Part shown: positions 37,048 through 46,936 of the stretch, one piece after another
Position numbering within the stretch: the stretch's first letter is position 1
Layout of the letters: the number at the start of each line of letters is the position of its first letter
Source of the DNA: Alphaproteobacteria bacterium
GTDB lineage: Bacteria > Pseudomonadota > Alphaproteobacteria > MPNO01
Assembly: GCA_965248835.1 (NCBI GenBank)
Contig: CBDFLJ010000001.1
Span: forward strand, 544,001-608,000
Direction of reading: 5' to 3'
Length of the DNA stretch: 64,000 nucleotides
Made by a program: the position numbers and the translations under genes
The notes under the pieces: generated by a model
What the model saw: only the letters and a program-made list of their open reading frames with translations
What the model was told of the DNA's origin: nothing
The model's database searches: none

Positions 37048-38961
37048 ATCGGGTTCGAAAAGGCGTTCGCAGGGCTCGGACGGGTGGCAGCGGTCGCGAT
37101 GGCGCTGATCGCGGTCTATGTCGCGGGGATCGCGCTGTTCGACGAGGGGCTTTTGCGCGGCGGGGCGATCGGGCTCGCCGGTGTCATCGTCTTGATGATG
37201 GAACCGCTGGCGGTGCGCCACGCCAAGGCGTCGGACACCGTCAAGGCCGTGCTGTGGGCGGTCGACGTCGTCCTCCTGCTGGGATTCATCTACTGCATCT
37301 ACCTGTTCTTCACCGTCTACGAGGATCTCTGGGACGGTGTGCGGATGTTCGAGCCCTTCGAAACCGCGGTCGCCGGGTTCGGGGTGGCGGTCATCATCGA
37401 GCTCACCCGGCGGACCTTCGGCTGGGTGCTCGCGGTGATCTGCCTGCTGATGCTGGTCTATGCGATTTTCGGAGCATCGCTGCCGTGGATCTTCCGTCAC
37501 GGCGGCTACGCGGTCGATGAGATCCTGGGGACCGTCTGGTACAGCTTCGATGGGGTGTTCGGCACGCCGACCGGCATCGTGGCGACGATCGTGCTGGTCT
37601 TCATCGTCTTCGGCGCGACGCTGGAAGGCACCGGGGCGGCGGCGATCCTCCTGAAGATCGCCACGGCCGCCACCGCGGGCATCCGCGGCGGGACGGCGCA
37701 TTCGGCGATCGTCGCCAGCGCGCTGTTCGGCACGATCTCCGGCTCCACCGTCGCCAATGTCGTCGGCACCGGGGTTTTCACGATCCCGATGATCAAGCGC
37801 CAGGGCTTTCCCAACGCGTTCGCCGGTGCGGTGGAGGCCGCCGCCTCCAGCGGCGGCCAGTTTACGCCGCCGATCATGGCCGCGGTCGTCTTCCTGATGG
37901 CCGAGCTGATCGGAACGCCCTACCTGGTGATCTGCGCGGCCGCTGCTTTGCCGGCGTTGTTCTACTATATGAGCCTGTTCGCGTCGGTCTATGCCGAGGC
38001 GGTGCGGCGCGGCATCCAGCCGATGCCGGAAAGCGCGCGCCAGCGGCTCACCCGCGACGACGCCTTGCAGGCGATGCGGTTCGTCGTGCCGATCGCGGTG
38101 GTGGTTATCGTCCTGTTCGCCGGCCGCTCGCCCGCGATGGCGGGTTTCTGGGCGCTGATCTCCGCGATCGCGGTCGGGGTGCTGCTCGATACCGAGTTCC
38201 GGACCAGGCCGCGGAAGTTCCTCGGGCCGCTCGCGCGCGGCGGCCATGCCTGCGCGCGGATCATGATCGCCGTGGGTGCGATCGGCATCGTCATCGGCGT
38301 GATCAACACCACCGGGCTGGGGCTGCGCTTCGCCGCGGCCATCGTTGCGATCGGCGACGGCTCGCTGTGGCTCGCGCTGCTGCTGGCGATGGTCTCATGC
38401 CTGATCCTCGGCATGGGGCTGCCGACTCTTCCGGCCTACCTGATCATCGTCCTGGTGATGGGTCCGGCGATCACCAAGCTTGGCATCCCGGCGCTCCTGG
38501 TCCACCTGTTCGTCCTCTATTACGGCGTCTTGTCGAACATCACCCCGCCGGTGGCGATCGCGGCCTACGCCGCCGCGCCGATTGCCGGCGCAAACCCGAT
38601 GATGACCGGGCTGCAGGCGATCCGGATCGCCGCGGTCGGCTTCATCATTCCCTTCGTGATGATCTACAACCCCTCGCTCACCCTGGTTGTCGGGTTCGGC
38701 TGGGCGCCGTTCCTGTGGATCATCCTGCGCCTGCCGGTGGCGATCTGGCTGATCGCCACCGCGTTCAGCGGCCATGACAGGCACGGCCTGTCGCCGATTG
38801 AACGCGGGTTGCGGATCGTCTGCGGATTCGGAATGCTGTGGTCGGACGTGCCGATCGCAGCGGTCGGGTTCGCCGGCGGGCTTGCCCTGGTTCTGTTCGA
38901 TTGGCTGCGGAAACCGTCGCGACCTCTTGCGGCCGCGGCCTCCGGCGAAGGCGGTGAATGA
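37048..38961 (+). CDS. TRAP transporter fused permease (4TM/12TM, TAXI type)
   Basis: GTISGSTVANV, AVEAAASSGGQFTPPIM, LGMGLPT, NITPPVA; start uncertain (ATC 37048 after a strong SD, GTG 37084, ATG 37099, TTG 36970). Confidence 0.9.
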   Translation: MGFEKAFAGLGRVAAVAMALIAVYVAGIALFDEGLLRGGAIGLAGVIVLMMEPLAVRHAKASDTVKAVLWAVDVVLLLGFIYCIYLFFTVYEDLWDGVRMFEPFETAVAGFGVAVIIELTRRTFGWVLAVICLLMLVYAIFGASLPWIFRHGGYAVDEILGTVWYSFDGVFGTPTGIVATIVLVFIVFGATLEGTGAAAILLKIATAATAGIRGGTAHSAIVASALFGTISGSTVANVVGTGVFTIPMIKRQGFPNAFAGAVEAAASSGGQFTPPIMAAVVFLMAELIGTPYLVICAAAALPALFYYMSLFASVYAEAVRRGIQPMPESARQRLTRDDALQAMRFVVPIAVVVIVLFAGRSPAMAGFWALISAIAVGVLLDTEFRTRPRKFLGPLARGGHACARIMIAVGAIGIVIGVINTTGLGLRFAAAIVAIGDGSLWLALLLAMVSCLILGMGLPTLPAYLIIVLVMGPAITKLGIPALLVHLFVLYYGVLSNITPPVAIAAYAAAPIAGANPMMTGLQAIRIAAVGFIIPFVMIYNPSLTLVVGFGWAPFLWIILRLPVAIWLIATAFSGHDRHGLSPIERGLRIVCGFGMLWSDVPIAAVGFAGGLALVLFDWLRKPSRPLAAAASGEGGE

Positions 38962-38983
38962 ACCGAGAAACGGGAGGACTTTC

Positions 38984-40018
38984 ATGAAACGGACCAGCAT
39001 GCGAATCGCAGCCGCGCTCGGTGCCGGTGCGATCGCGCTCGGCCTGGCGGGCGCAGCCCAGGCCAAGGACTTTTACAAGATGGGGACCTTCCCGCCCGGG
39101 ACCACGGTCTTCATCGCGATGACCGCTTTTGCCAACGCGGTCAACAAATACGTTCCCGACATGGAGATCCAGGTCTCGGCGACCGGCCCGGCGACCCAGC
39201 ACATGCTGATGGTCAGCCAGGGAAGGATGGACTTCACCCTCTATGCGCAGACCGCCTATCGGCTGATGTACAAGCAGATCGGACCGTTCAAGCGGCTGAA
39301 GGACGGCCCGGAGCGGGTCAAGAAGCTGGCCCAGGTGTTCACCTTCCCGATCGGGCTGTACCACTTCGTCACCTACGCCGATTCGGACATCCGCACGCTT
39401 GCCGACATCAAGGGCAAGAAGGTCTTCATCGGACCGCCGGGCGGGGTTGCGACCCGCAACGTGCGGCTGATCGTCGAAAGCCAGACCGGCTATCTGCCCG
39501 GGCGCGACTACAAGCAGGTCAAGATGGGCTGGGGACCGGCGGCACAGGCCTTCCAGGACCGCAAATACGACGTCTGGATCCCGACCACCAACGCGCCCAG
39601 CCCGCAGGTCCAGCAGATCGCGCTCAACAACAAGATCCGCCTGCTCGACCTCGATGAGTCGAAATTCGGCCACGCGAGCTGGCGGAAATACGATTCCCAG
39701 CCCGGGCGCATCCTGAACGCGATCGGCCCCGACGTTTACGGGCCGAACCAGGTCAACACCGAGCCGGTCGTCGCCACCGGCGCCTGGGTCGGGCTCGCCG
39801 CGCGGGCCTCGATCCCGGCGGAGAAAATGTACAGGATGGTCAAGGCTTTCTGGGAACACATCGACGAGGCCCATGAGATGGCCAAGTGGATGAAGAACGC
39901 GGTCAGCATCGAGCACGCGGCCAGGCACACCGCGGGCGCCGTCCATCCCGGCGCCGCCAAGTACTACCGCGAGCGCGGCATCGAGATCGAGATGCCCTAC
40001 ACGCTGGTGAAGAAGTAG
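38984..40018 (+). CDS. TAXI family TRAP solute-binding protein
   Basis: Signal peptide (AQA), DIKGKKVFIGPPG, VHPGAAKYYRERG; SD GGGAGG. Confidence 0.9.
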   Translation: MKRTSMRIAAALGAGAIALGLAGAAQAKDFYKMGTFPPGTTVFIAMTAFANAVNKYVPDMEIQVSATGPATQHMLMVSQGRMDFTLYAQTAYRLMYKQIGPFKRLKDGPERVKKLAQVFTFPIGLYHFVTYADSDIRTLADIKGKKVFIGPPGGVATRNVRLIVESQTGYLPGRDYKQVKMGWGPAAQAFQDRKYDVWIPTTNAPSPQVQQIALNNKIRLLDLDESKFGHASWRKYDSQPGRILNAIGPDVYGPNQVNTEPVVATGAWVGLAARASIPAEKMYRMVKAFWEHIDEAHEMAKWMKNAVSIEHAARHTAGAVHPGAAKYYRERGIEIEMPYTLVKK

Positions 40019-40027
40019 GCGGCAACG

Positions 40028-40066
40028 GATCCGGGGCCGGAGTCCGCTCGGGCTCCGGCCCGGATC
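40028..40066 (+). terminator. GC-rich hairpin after the TAXI gene (terminator or mRNA-stabilising stem)
   Basis: GATCCGGGGCCGGAG...CTCCGGCCCGGATC; no U tract. Confidence 0.5.
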
Positions 40067-40088
40067 GAGACGGAAAAGGAGAGCCGCC

Positions 40089-40553
40089 ATGGCCGAGGCG
40101 CGGATCGTCCGAAACGCCGAGGGCGACATCTACCATCCCCTGTGGCTGTTCAAGCACGGCAGCCTGCGCGGCGGCCGGTTCGACTTCATGGTGGGGGACA
40201 TCGGATACCTCGCCGGCCCGCCGCTGCATGTCCATCGCGAGCAGGACGACACGTTGTTCGTGCTGGAGGGCGTGCTCGCGGTCCAGGTCGAAGACGAGGT
40301 GATCGATCTCGGGCCGGGCGATTTCGCCACCGTCCCGCCCGGCATCCGGCATACCTTCGACAATATCCGCAAGGACCAGCCGCCGGTCAGGGTGTGCAAC
40401 CTGATGACCCCCGGCGGTCTCGACCGGCAGTTCCGCGACATCGCGGCACTTGGCGATAACGGGGGCGACCCCGCAAGCCTCGCCCGGCTCCGCGAGGAAC
40501 ACGGCACCACCTTGGTCGGCCCGACGCTGGGGGCCAAGCTCGGCCTCACCTGA
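40089..40553 (+). CDS. Cupin domain protein
   Basis: GPPLHVHREQDD, VPPGIRHTF. Confidence 0.85.
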   Translation: MAEARIVRNAEGDIYHPLWLFKHGSLRGGRFDFMVGDIGYLAGPPLHVHREQDDTLFVLEGVLAVQVEDEVIDLGPGDFATVPPGIRHTFDNIRKDQPPVRVCNLMTPGGLDRQFRDIAALGDNGGDPASLARLREEHGTTLVGPTLGAKLGLT

Positions 40554-40559
40554 GCCCAG

Positions 40560-41393
40560 CTATTCCGGACGGTCGGGCCAGAGCGCCGCGAGGTCCGCGG
40601 CGGCCAGGTCGACATTTCGGGCGGCGACGTTCTCGCGCAGATGATCGATCCTGCTCGTGCCGGGGATCGGCAGCATGACCGGGGAGCGGTGCAGCAGCGC
40701 GGCCAGCGCGATCTGGGCCGGGCTCGCGCCGTGCTTGTCAGCCAGCCGGCGCAGGCCCGGGTCGTCCCAGGAGATGCCGCCATCGCCCAACGGCATCCAG
40801 GGGATGAAGACGATCCCGTTGGCCTCGCAATAGGACAGCACCTCGTCGTTCCACCGGTGCCGGACATTGTAGGGGTTCTGCACCGAGACGATTTGGGCTT
40901 TGGCGCGGGCGGTCTCGAGGTGATGCAGCCGGACGTTGGAGACGCCGATATGGCGGATCTTCCCCTCGGCCTGCAGGTCCGCGAGGGTGCCGATGGATTC
41001 CGCGTAGGGCACGCTCGGGTCCGGACAGTGCAGTTGGTAGAGGGTGATCGCCTCGAGCCCGAGGCGGTGCAGGCTGCCTTCCAGGACCGAGCGCAGCCGC
41101 TCCGGCCGGGCGTCGGATATCCAGGCGCCGAGCCGTTCGTGGCGGAAACCGCCCTTGGTGGCGATGATCAAGCCCTCATAGGGGTGGAGCGCCGCACGCA
41201 CCGCCTGCTCGGCCGCGCCGTTGCCGTAGGAGTCCGCGGTATCGAAGACGCGCACACCGAGCCGGGCCGCCTCGCCCAGCACCGCCGGGGCGTCGGGGCG
41301 GGCAGGTCCGAAGCCGCGCCGGTCGGTGAGATAGAGCGTGCCGAAACCGATGCGCGGGACCTCGGCCCCGCACAAGCGGAGCGTGCCGGTCAT
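40560..41393 (-). CDS. Aldo/keto reductase
   Basis: IGFGT, FDTADSYG, IATKGG, LYQLH, GKIRHIGVSN, PIPGT. Confidence 0.92.
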   Translation of the reverse strand: MTGTLRLCGAEVPRIGFGTLYLTDRRGFGPARPDAPAVLGEAARLGVRVFDTADSYGNGAAEQAVRAALHPYEGLIIATKGGFRHERLGAWISDARPERLRSVLEGSLHRLGLEAITLYQLHCPDPSVPYAESIGTLADLQAEGKIRHIGVSNVRLHHLETARAKAQIVSVQNPYNVRHRWNDEVLSYCEANGIVFIPWMPLGDGGISWDDPGLRRLADKHGASPAQIALAALLHRSPVMLPIPGTSRIDHLRENVAARNVDLAAADLAALWPDRPE

Positions 41394-42466
41394 TCGGCCC
41401 GGTCAAGCCGATAGAAGTTGATCATGTTGTTGTAGAGCACGTTGCGCTTGACCTCGTCGCTGTACTCGTTGGAGGCGATGAACTCCGGCAACTCGGTCGT
41501 CAGATCCTCCTCGGTCGGCTCGTGCGGATAGTCCGAGGCATAGAGGATCTTCTCCGATCCGATGGCATCGAGGGTGTATTTGAGCCCGCGCTCGCCGAGC
41601 TCCATCGAGACCCAGAAATTCTCGCCCTCGCGGATATACTCCGACGGCCGCTTCTTCAGCCGGCTGCGCGCCGCCGTGCCGAAGATCGAATCGTATTCGT
41701 AATCCAGCCGGTCCATCATGAACGGCACCCAGGTGCAGCCGCCTTCCAGAAAGGCGATCCGCAGCCCCGGGAACTGGTCGTAGACGCCCGAAAAGATGAT
41801 GTCGGTAAGCTGGATCATCAGCGGGAACGGATGCTCCAGCGCGTGCACCTTGACGAACTCGTCGAAATGGTCGAAGCCGAGCCCGCGGCTCGGCGCGCCG
41901 TGGATGGCAAGCGGCATCTGGTGCTTTTCCGCCGCCGCGAAGATCGGCCGGAAGAACGGATCGCCGTAGGTCTTGCCGAGCCGCGTCATCGAGGGCAGCA
42001 GGCAGACCGGGAAGCGCACGCGCTCGGTCTTGCAGCGCGCGATCTCCGCGGCCGCGGCCGCGGGGTCCTGGACCGGCAGCAGGCCGGCGCCGAAGAACCG
42101 CTCGTCCTGGCTGGTATAGCGGTCTTCCAGCCAGTTGTTGTAGGCGATCGCCGTCGCGGTGGCCCATTCGACATCGGTGATCAGCCCGGCGCCGAGCCCT
42201 GCGGTGGGGTAGAGCACCGTCCCTTCGATGCCGATCAGATCGACCATCTCGCGCCAGATATCGGCGTTGGTGTGGAAGTATTTGCGGCTCGCATCCTCGG
42301 TCGAGTTGATCACCCCGCGCGCCCAGCCGTCCAGGCTCGGCCAGATCCCGAACGTGCGTTGCAGCCTGAGGTCCTTGAACCGGCCCTCGTAATATTGCAG
42401 CAGTTCTTCATCGTCCTCGAGCACGTGCCCGTCGCCGTCGAAGACTGGAAAGGGATGTTTCGCCAT
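41390..42466 (-). CDS. Amidohydrolase-2 family protein
   Basis: DGDGHVLE, VLYPT, AYNNWL, FLEGGCTW, ASDYPH. Confidence 0.9.
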   Translation of the reverse strand: MAKHPFPVFDGDGHVLEDDEELLQYYEGRFKDLRLQRTFGIWPSLDGWARGVINSTEDASRKYFHTNADIWREMVDLIGIEGTVLYPTAGLGAGLITDVEWATATAIAYNNWLEDRYTSQDERFFGAGLLPVQDPAAAAAEIARCKTERVRFPVCLLPSMTRLGKTYGDPFFRPIFAAAEKHQMPLAIHGAPSRGLGFDHFDEFVKVHALEHPFPLMIQLTDIIFSGVYDQFPGLRIAFLEGGCTWVPFMMDRLDYEYDSIFGTAARSRLKKRPSEYIREGENFWVSMELGERGLKYTLDAIGSEKILYASDYPHEPTEEDLTTELPEFIASNEYSDEVKRNVLYNNMINFYRLDRAE

Positions 42467-42589
42467 GTCTCGTCCGCCTGCCTGTCGTGAACCCGGTCAC
42501 GGATCTTCGCCGAGACGGAGGGACAGCACAACCGTTGCCAGTCCCGACCGAAGGGATCACCATCGGGCTGCGGCTTGAGGGAGGGCGCT

Positions 42590-44044
42590 GTGCTGAGGAC
42601 GGGCGAGGACTATCTCCAGAGCATCCGCGACGGGCGGATCGTCTATGTCGGCAAGGAGCGGATCGAGGACGTCACGACACACCCCGCCTTCGCCAACGCG
42701 GCGCGCATGTACGCGGCGATGTACGATCTCAAGCGCGCGCCCGAGATGGCCGGCATCCTGTCGGTGGCCGATGGCGGCGCGGGCTACAGCGCCTATTTCC
42801 TCAAGCCCCGGGACCGCGCCGGGCTCGAACAGCGCGCCGCCGCCCACCGGGCGATCGCACGGTTCTCGCACGGGCTGTTGGGCCGCTCGCCCGATCACGT
42901 CGCAAGCTCGATCACCGGGCTATCGATGGGCTCGGAGGTGTTCGACCGCGCCGGCGCGAATTTCGCCAGGAACATCGATGCCTACTATCGCCACGCCCGC
43001 GACAACGATCTGTACCTGGCCTACGCGATCCTGCCGCCGCAGGGCGCGCGCAAGCCCGAACTCTACCAGACCGCCGACCGCGCCCCGCCGACGTTGCGGG
43101 TCACCGCCGAAGATGCCGACGGCGTGGTGCTCAACGGCATGAAGATGCTGGCGACCGGCGCCGTCTACGCCAACGAGCTGTGGATCGGCAACATCCTGCC
43201 GCTCGCCCCCAGCCAGGTGAAGGAATCGATCACCTGCGCGGTGCCGGTCAACGCGCCCGGTATCTCGCTCTGGGCGCGCAAGCCGATGACCGCCGACGGC
43301 GGGATCGAGTTCAACAACCCGCTGGCCCACCGGTTCGACGAATCCGATTCGATGATCGTCTTCGCCGACGTCCGCATCCCGTGGGAGCGCGTCTTCGTCC
43401 ACGACGACCCGGCGCTGTCGCGCGACATCTATGTCGAGACGCCGGCGCACTTCATGTCCAACCACCAGTCGAACATCCGCTTCGCCGCCAAGCTGCGGCT
43501 CCTGATCGGCCTTGCCAGCAAGATCGCCCGGTCGAACGGCGCGCGCGAGGTGCCGGCGGTGCGCGAAGTGCTGGGCGAGCTCGCCTCGATGGAGGCGGCC
43601 TATTCCGGGCTGGTCGACGGCCAGCTCCACGCCTTCGAGGCGGCGGCCAACGGTTACGTCCATGTCAACAAGCGCTACATGTACGCAGCCATCAACTACG
43701 CGGTGGAGAACTACAGCAAGATCTGCGATCAGATCCGCACGCTGATGGGCGGCGGCGTCTTCCAGATGCCTGCCAGCATCGATGTCGTCGAGGACGCCTC
43801 CCTGCGCGAGATCTTCGAGACCTACTGGTCGACCGGCGATGAGACCGCCGTGGAGCGTATGAAGCTCTTCCGGCTGGCCTGGGACATGCTGGGCTCGGAG
43901 TTCGCGATGCGCCACGACCAGTACGAAAAGTTCTATGTCGGCCAGCGCTTCATCGTGCGCAACTACAACATGCAGCACACCCCGTGGGAGGAGTTCGAGG
44001 GCCTGGCCGAGGGCATCATGGCGGCCTACGACGCGCCTGACTGA
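42590..44044 (+). CDS. 4-hydroxyphenylacetate 3-hydroxylase (HpaB/TftD-like) flavin monooxygenase oxygenase component
   Basis: LRTGEDYLQSIRDGR, THPAF, GRSPDH, RFDESD, LAWD..GSEF..RH.QYEKFY. Confidence 0.9.
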   Translation: MLRTGEDYLQSIRDGRIVYVGKERIEDVTTHPAFANAARMYAAMYDLKRAPEMAGILSVADGGAGYSAYFLKPRDRAGLEQRAAAHRAIARFSHGLLGRSPDHVASSITGLSMGSEVFDRAGANFARNIDAYYRHARDNDLYLAYAILPPQGARKPELYQTADRAPPTLRVTAEDADGVVLNGMKMLATGAVYANELWIGNILPLAPSQVKESITCAVPVNAPGISLWARKPMTADGGIEFNNPLAHRFDESDSMIVFADVRIPWERVFVHDDPALSRDIYVETPAHFMSNHQSNIRFAAKLRLLIGLASKIARSNGAREVPAVREVLGELASMEAAYSGLVDGQLHAFEAAANGYVHVNKRYMYAAINYAVENYSKICDQIRTLMGGGVFQMPASIDVVEDASLREIFETYWSTGDETAVERMKLFRLAWDMLGSEFAMRHDQYEKFYVGQRFIVRNYNMQHTPWEEFEGLAEGIMAAYDAPD

Positions 44045-44082
44045 ACGGCTCGGCCGCAATCAGGCCGATTACCCGCCGGCCG

Positions 44083-45261
44083 TCAGCCCCAGAGCGCCTC
44101 GGAGGCCAGGCGTGCGCCTTCGGCCAGGCTCGCCAGCTTGGCGTAGACCACCGAGGGGACGAGGTACTCGCCGCCCGCGAAGGTGCCGAATCCGCAATCG
44201 ACGCCGGCGATGACGCGCTCGCGCCCGACGATGTCGGCATAGCGGCGGATGCGCTGCGCGATCAGGCGCGGATGCTCGACGAACGGCGTCGTCGAATCGA
44301 GGACGCCGGGCACCAGGATCTTGTCGTCGGGGATGCGGGCCGCTCCCCAGTCCTCCCATTCGTGCTCGTGGCGCGGGTTGGCGCCTTCGAACAGGATCGC
44401 CCGAGGCCGCGCCTTGGCCGCCCGCTCGGCGATCTTGGCCGCAGCGATGTCCAGCGTATGCGGGCCCGGGTAGTTGCCCCAGCACAGATGCATGCGCATC
44501 GCCTCGGGCGGGATGTTGCGGGTCGCGGAATTGATCGCCTCGACATTGCGCTCGACGATCCTGAGGAAGCCCTCTTCCGGGAGGTCGCGGTAGGCCATGT
44601 GGCGCACCATCGCGAGGTCCGGACAGTCGATCTGGAGGATCAGGCCGGCCGCGTGGATGGCCTCGTACTCGGTCTGCATCGCATCGGCGAGGTCGGCGAC
44701 ATAGGCGTCCTCGTCGCCGTAATGGGCATCGGGGATGAAATATGGCAGCACGCCGGGCGAAGCCGCGTTCATGAACCCTTCCACCCCCGGCGCCGCTTCG
44801 AGCGCCGCGGTGAAACGGGCGATGTCTTCATCGAGCGGCCCGCGGTCGCGGTAGGCCACCGGCCCCTCGCAGCGCAGCGCTGCGACCCGCGTCGGGCCGG
44901 TGCCCTGGAGCGCACGCGCTTCGACCAGTTCCGGATGCAGCGCCAAATCGGCCGGCGGGGCGTGCGGCGGCAACCCCTTTGCGGCGGCTTCGGCGGCATC
45001 GGCGGCGGCGATGCCCGACAGGCGATGGCGGACGTAGAAGGTATAGCCCATCTTGGACATCTCGCCGTCGCTGAGCACGTCGATGCCGGCTTCGATCTGG
45101 CGCGCGACGGCCTCGCCGACCGCCGTGCTGACCTGAGCCTCGAGATCCGCGGCGTCGAATTCGCCGCCCTTGTCCTGGGCGTCGAGCAGCGCCAGCAGCG
45201 CCTTCGGCCGCGGCAGGCTGCCGACATGGGTGGTCAGGATGCGCTCGGTGCTGGTTCTCAT
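44083..45261 (-). CDS. Cobalamin-independent methionine synthase II family (catalytic domain only) protein
   Basis: TTHVGSLPRP, SDGE, QIDCPD, HLCWGN, DCGFGT Zn ligands. Confidence 0.88.
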   Translation of the reverse strand: MRTSTERILTTHVGSLPRPKALLALLDAQDKGGEFDAADLEAQVSTAVGEAVARQIEAGIDVLSDGEMSKMGYTFYVRHRLSGIAAADAAEAAAKGLPPHAPPADLALHPELVEARALQGTGPTRVAALRCEGPVAYRDRGPLDEDIARFTAALEAAPGVEGFMNAASPGVLPYFIPDAHYGDEDAYVADLADAMQTEYEAIHAAGLILQIDCPDLAMVRHMAYRDLPEEGFLRIVERNVEAINSATRNIPPEAMRMHLCWGNYPGPHTLDIAAAKIAERAAKARPRAILFEGANPRHEHEWEDWGAARIPDDKILVPGVLDSTTPFVEHPRLIAQRIRRYADIVGRERVIAGVDCGFGTFAGGEYLVPSVVYAKLASLAEGARLASEALWG

Positions 45262-45379
45262 GACACCCTCGGGTTCCAGGATCGGCGGCAACTATCGCCC
45301 GCAGGCGAGCAGGCAGGCAAGCGGCGATGCCGATCGGTTCCATCGACCCGCCTCACCGTTCACGGGCGTCGACCAGCAT

Positions 45380-46138
45380 TCAGGGATCGACATATTCGAT
45401 GCCGTAGACGAAATCCATCACATCGGCGGTGATCGGACTGGTCTTCTCCTCGTAGACATGGGCGACCAGCCCGGCGGCCCGGCCGATCACCGAGCACGCG
45501 CGCATCACCTCGACCGGGAAGGCGATCTCGCTCAGGACCGCGGCGAGCCCGCCGGTGACGTTCAGCGTCAGGTGCTTGCCCATCGCCTTGTCGACCTCCT
45601 CGCCCAGCACGTGGACCAGGTCGATGAAGTCGCCCTTCGCGCCGTTCGCGCGCGCGATCTCGAACAACCGGGTCGCGCGGGGGTCCTCGGGCTTGTAGTA
45701 GGGATGTCCGAACCCGGGGACGAAACGGTTCTGGGCACGGAGCTCGGCGACCTTGTCGGCGAGCCAGGCGCGCCTGTCGCCGTCCTGCGCCATGCAGTCG
45801 TTCAGGATCTGGCCGCAGCCGGCCATGGTGCCGGCGAACCGGTTGCCGACCAGCAGCAGCCCGGCTGCGACCGGGACCTGAATGTCCGTCGGCACCGCGT
45901 TTTCGACCAGGCGCGAGACCAGGGCGTGCGGCGTAATCCCGTGATCGATCAGGATGATCAACGCCGAATCGAAGATCCTGACTTCGCCCGGGCTCGGTTC
46001 GCGCCCGGTGACGATGAAGAAGAACGTCTCGGTAAAGGTCATCTTGCCCATGATCTCGCCAAGCACGTCCTTGCCGCGCATCAGAAAGCGGGTGTTGTCG
46101 GGCAGCGGGGTGCCGATGCGGGTGGTGGGCCTGGTCAT
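45380..46138 (-). CDS. Citryl-CoA lyase/citrate synthase-like protein
   Basis: DHG, VPGFGHPYYKPEDPR, LNVTG, RAAGLVAH; SD GGAGG. Confidence 0.85.
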   Translation of the reverse strand: MTRPTTRIGTPLPDNTRFLMRGKDVLGEIMGKMTFTETFFFIVTGREPSPGEVRIFDSALIILIDHGITPHALVSRLVENAVPTDIQVPVAAGLLLVGNRFAGTMAGCGQILNDCMAQDGDRRAWLADKVAELRAQNRFVPGFGHPYYKPEDPRATRLFEIARANGAKGDFIDLVHVLGEEVDKAMGKHLTLNVTGGLAAVLSEIAFPVEVMRACSVIGRAAGLVAHVYEEKTSPITADVMDFVYGIEYVDP

Positions 46139-46245
46139 CTCGTCGCCTCCTTCGGGATCGCGGGCTCCAATCGCCCGGCCAAGGATATCTTGCAGGTTTG
46201 CCGCGCCGGTACCACCTAAGGGCAAGGATTGCGGGAGGTGAGAGG

Positions 46246-46887
46246 ATGGCAAACCGTGTCTTCGGCGCTCGGCTGTTCGCGGCAATCGTGATCGGCGGCA
46301 TCACCGCCGGCGCGGCCGGTGCAATCGCCCGGGAGGCCGGGACCGCGATTGCGACCTTTGCCGGGGGTTGTTTCTGGTGCGTCGAATCGGACTTCGACCA
46401 CGTGCCGGGGGTCCTGAAGACCGTCTCGGGCTATACCGGCGGGCAGCCCGTGAACCCGACCTACAGGCAGGTCACCGCCGGCGGCACCGGACATCGCGAG
46501 GCCGTGCAAATCACCTTCGATCCGTCCAAGGTCTCCTATGCCGCGCTGCTGGAGATCTTCTGGCGCAGCGTCGATCCGACCGACGCCGGCGGCCAGTTCT
46601 GCGACCGGGGCCAATCCTACGAGACCGCGATCTTCGCCAACTCGGCCGACCAGCGCCGCCTTGCCGCCCTTTCCAAGCGGCAGATCGACGAGTCGGGCAT
46701 CCTCAAGAAGAAGATCGTCACCCCGATCGAGGACGCCGGTCCGTTCTACGCCGCCGAGGACTATCACCAGGACTATTACAAGAAGAGCCCGCTGCGCTAC
46801 CGGTTCTACCGCTTCCGCTGCGGCCGCGACGCACAGGTGGAGGACGTCTGGGGCGATCAGGCCCACCGCGGCATCGCCGAACACTGA
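46246..46887 (+). CDS. msrA: Peptide-methionine (S)-S-oxide reductase, probably exported
   Basis: AGGCFWC, SGYTGG, GHREAV, AEDYHQDYY; N-terminal signal-like segment. Confidence 0.95.
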   Translation: MANRVFGARLFAAIVIGGITAGAAGAIAREAGTAIATFAGGCFWCVESDFDHVPGVLKTVSGYTGGQPVNPTYRQVTAGGTGHREAVQITFDPSKVSYAALLEIFWRSVDPTDAGGQFCDRGQSYETAIFANSADQRRLAALSKRQIDESGILKKKIVTPIEDAGPFYAAEDYHQDYYKKSPLRYRFYRFRCGRDAQVEDVWGDQAHRGIAEH

Positions 46888-46936
46888 ACCGTCGCCCGAT
46901 TGGCCGCGCGCGCCAAAGCCGCTAGCGTGCGGCGGC

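Noticed and set aside
46246-46887. MsrA as a second selenoprotein
   Set aside because: The active site is encoded by TGT/TGC (GCFWC); there is no in-frame TGA
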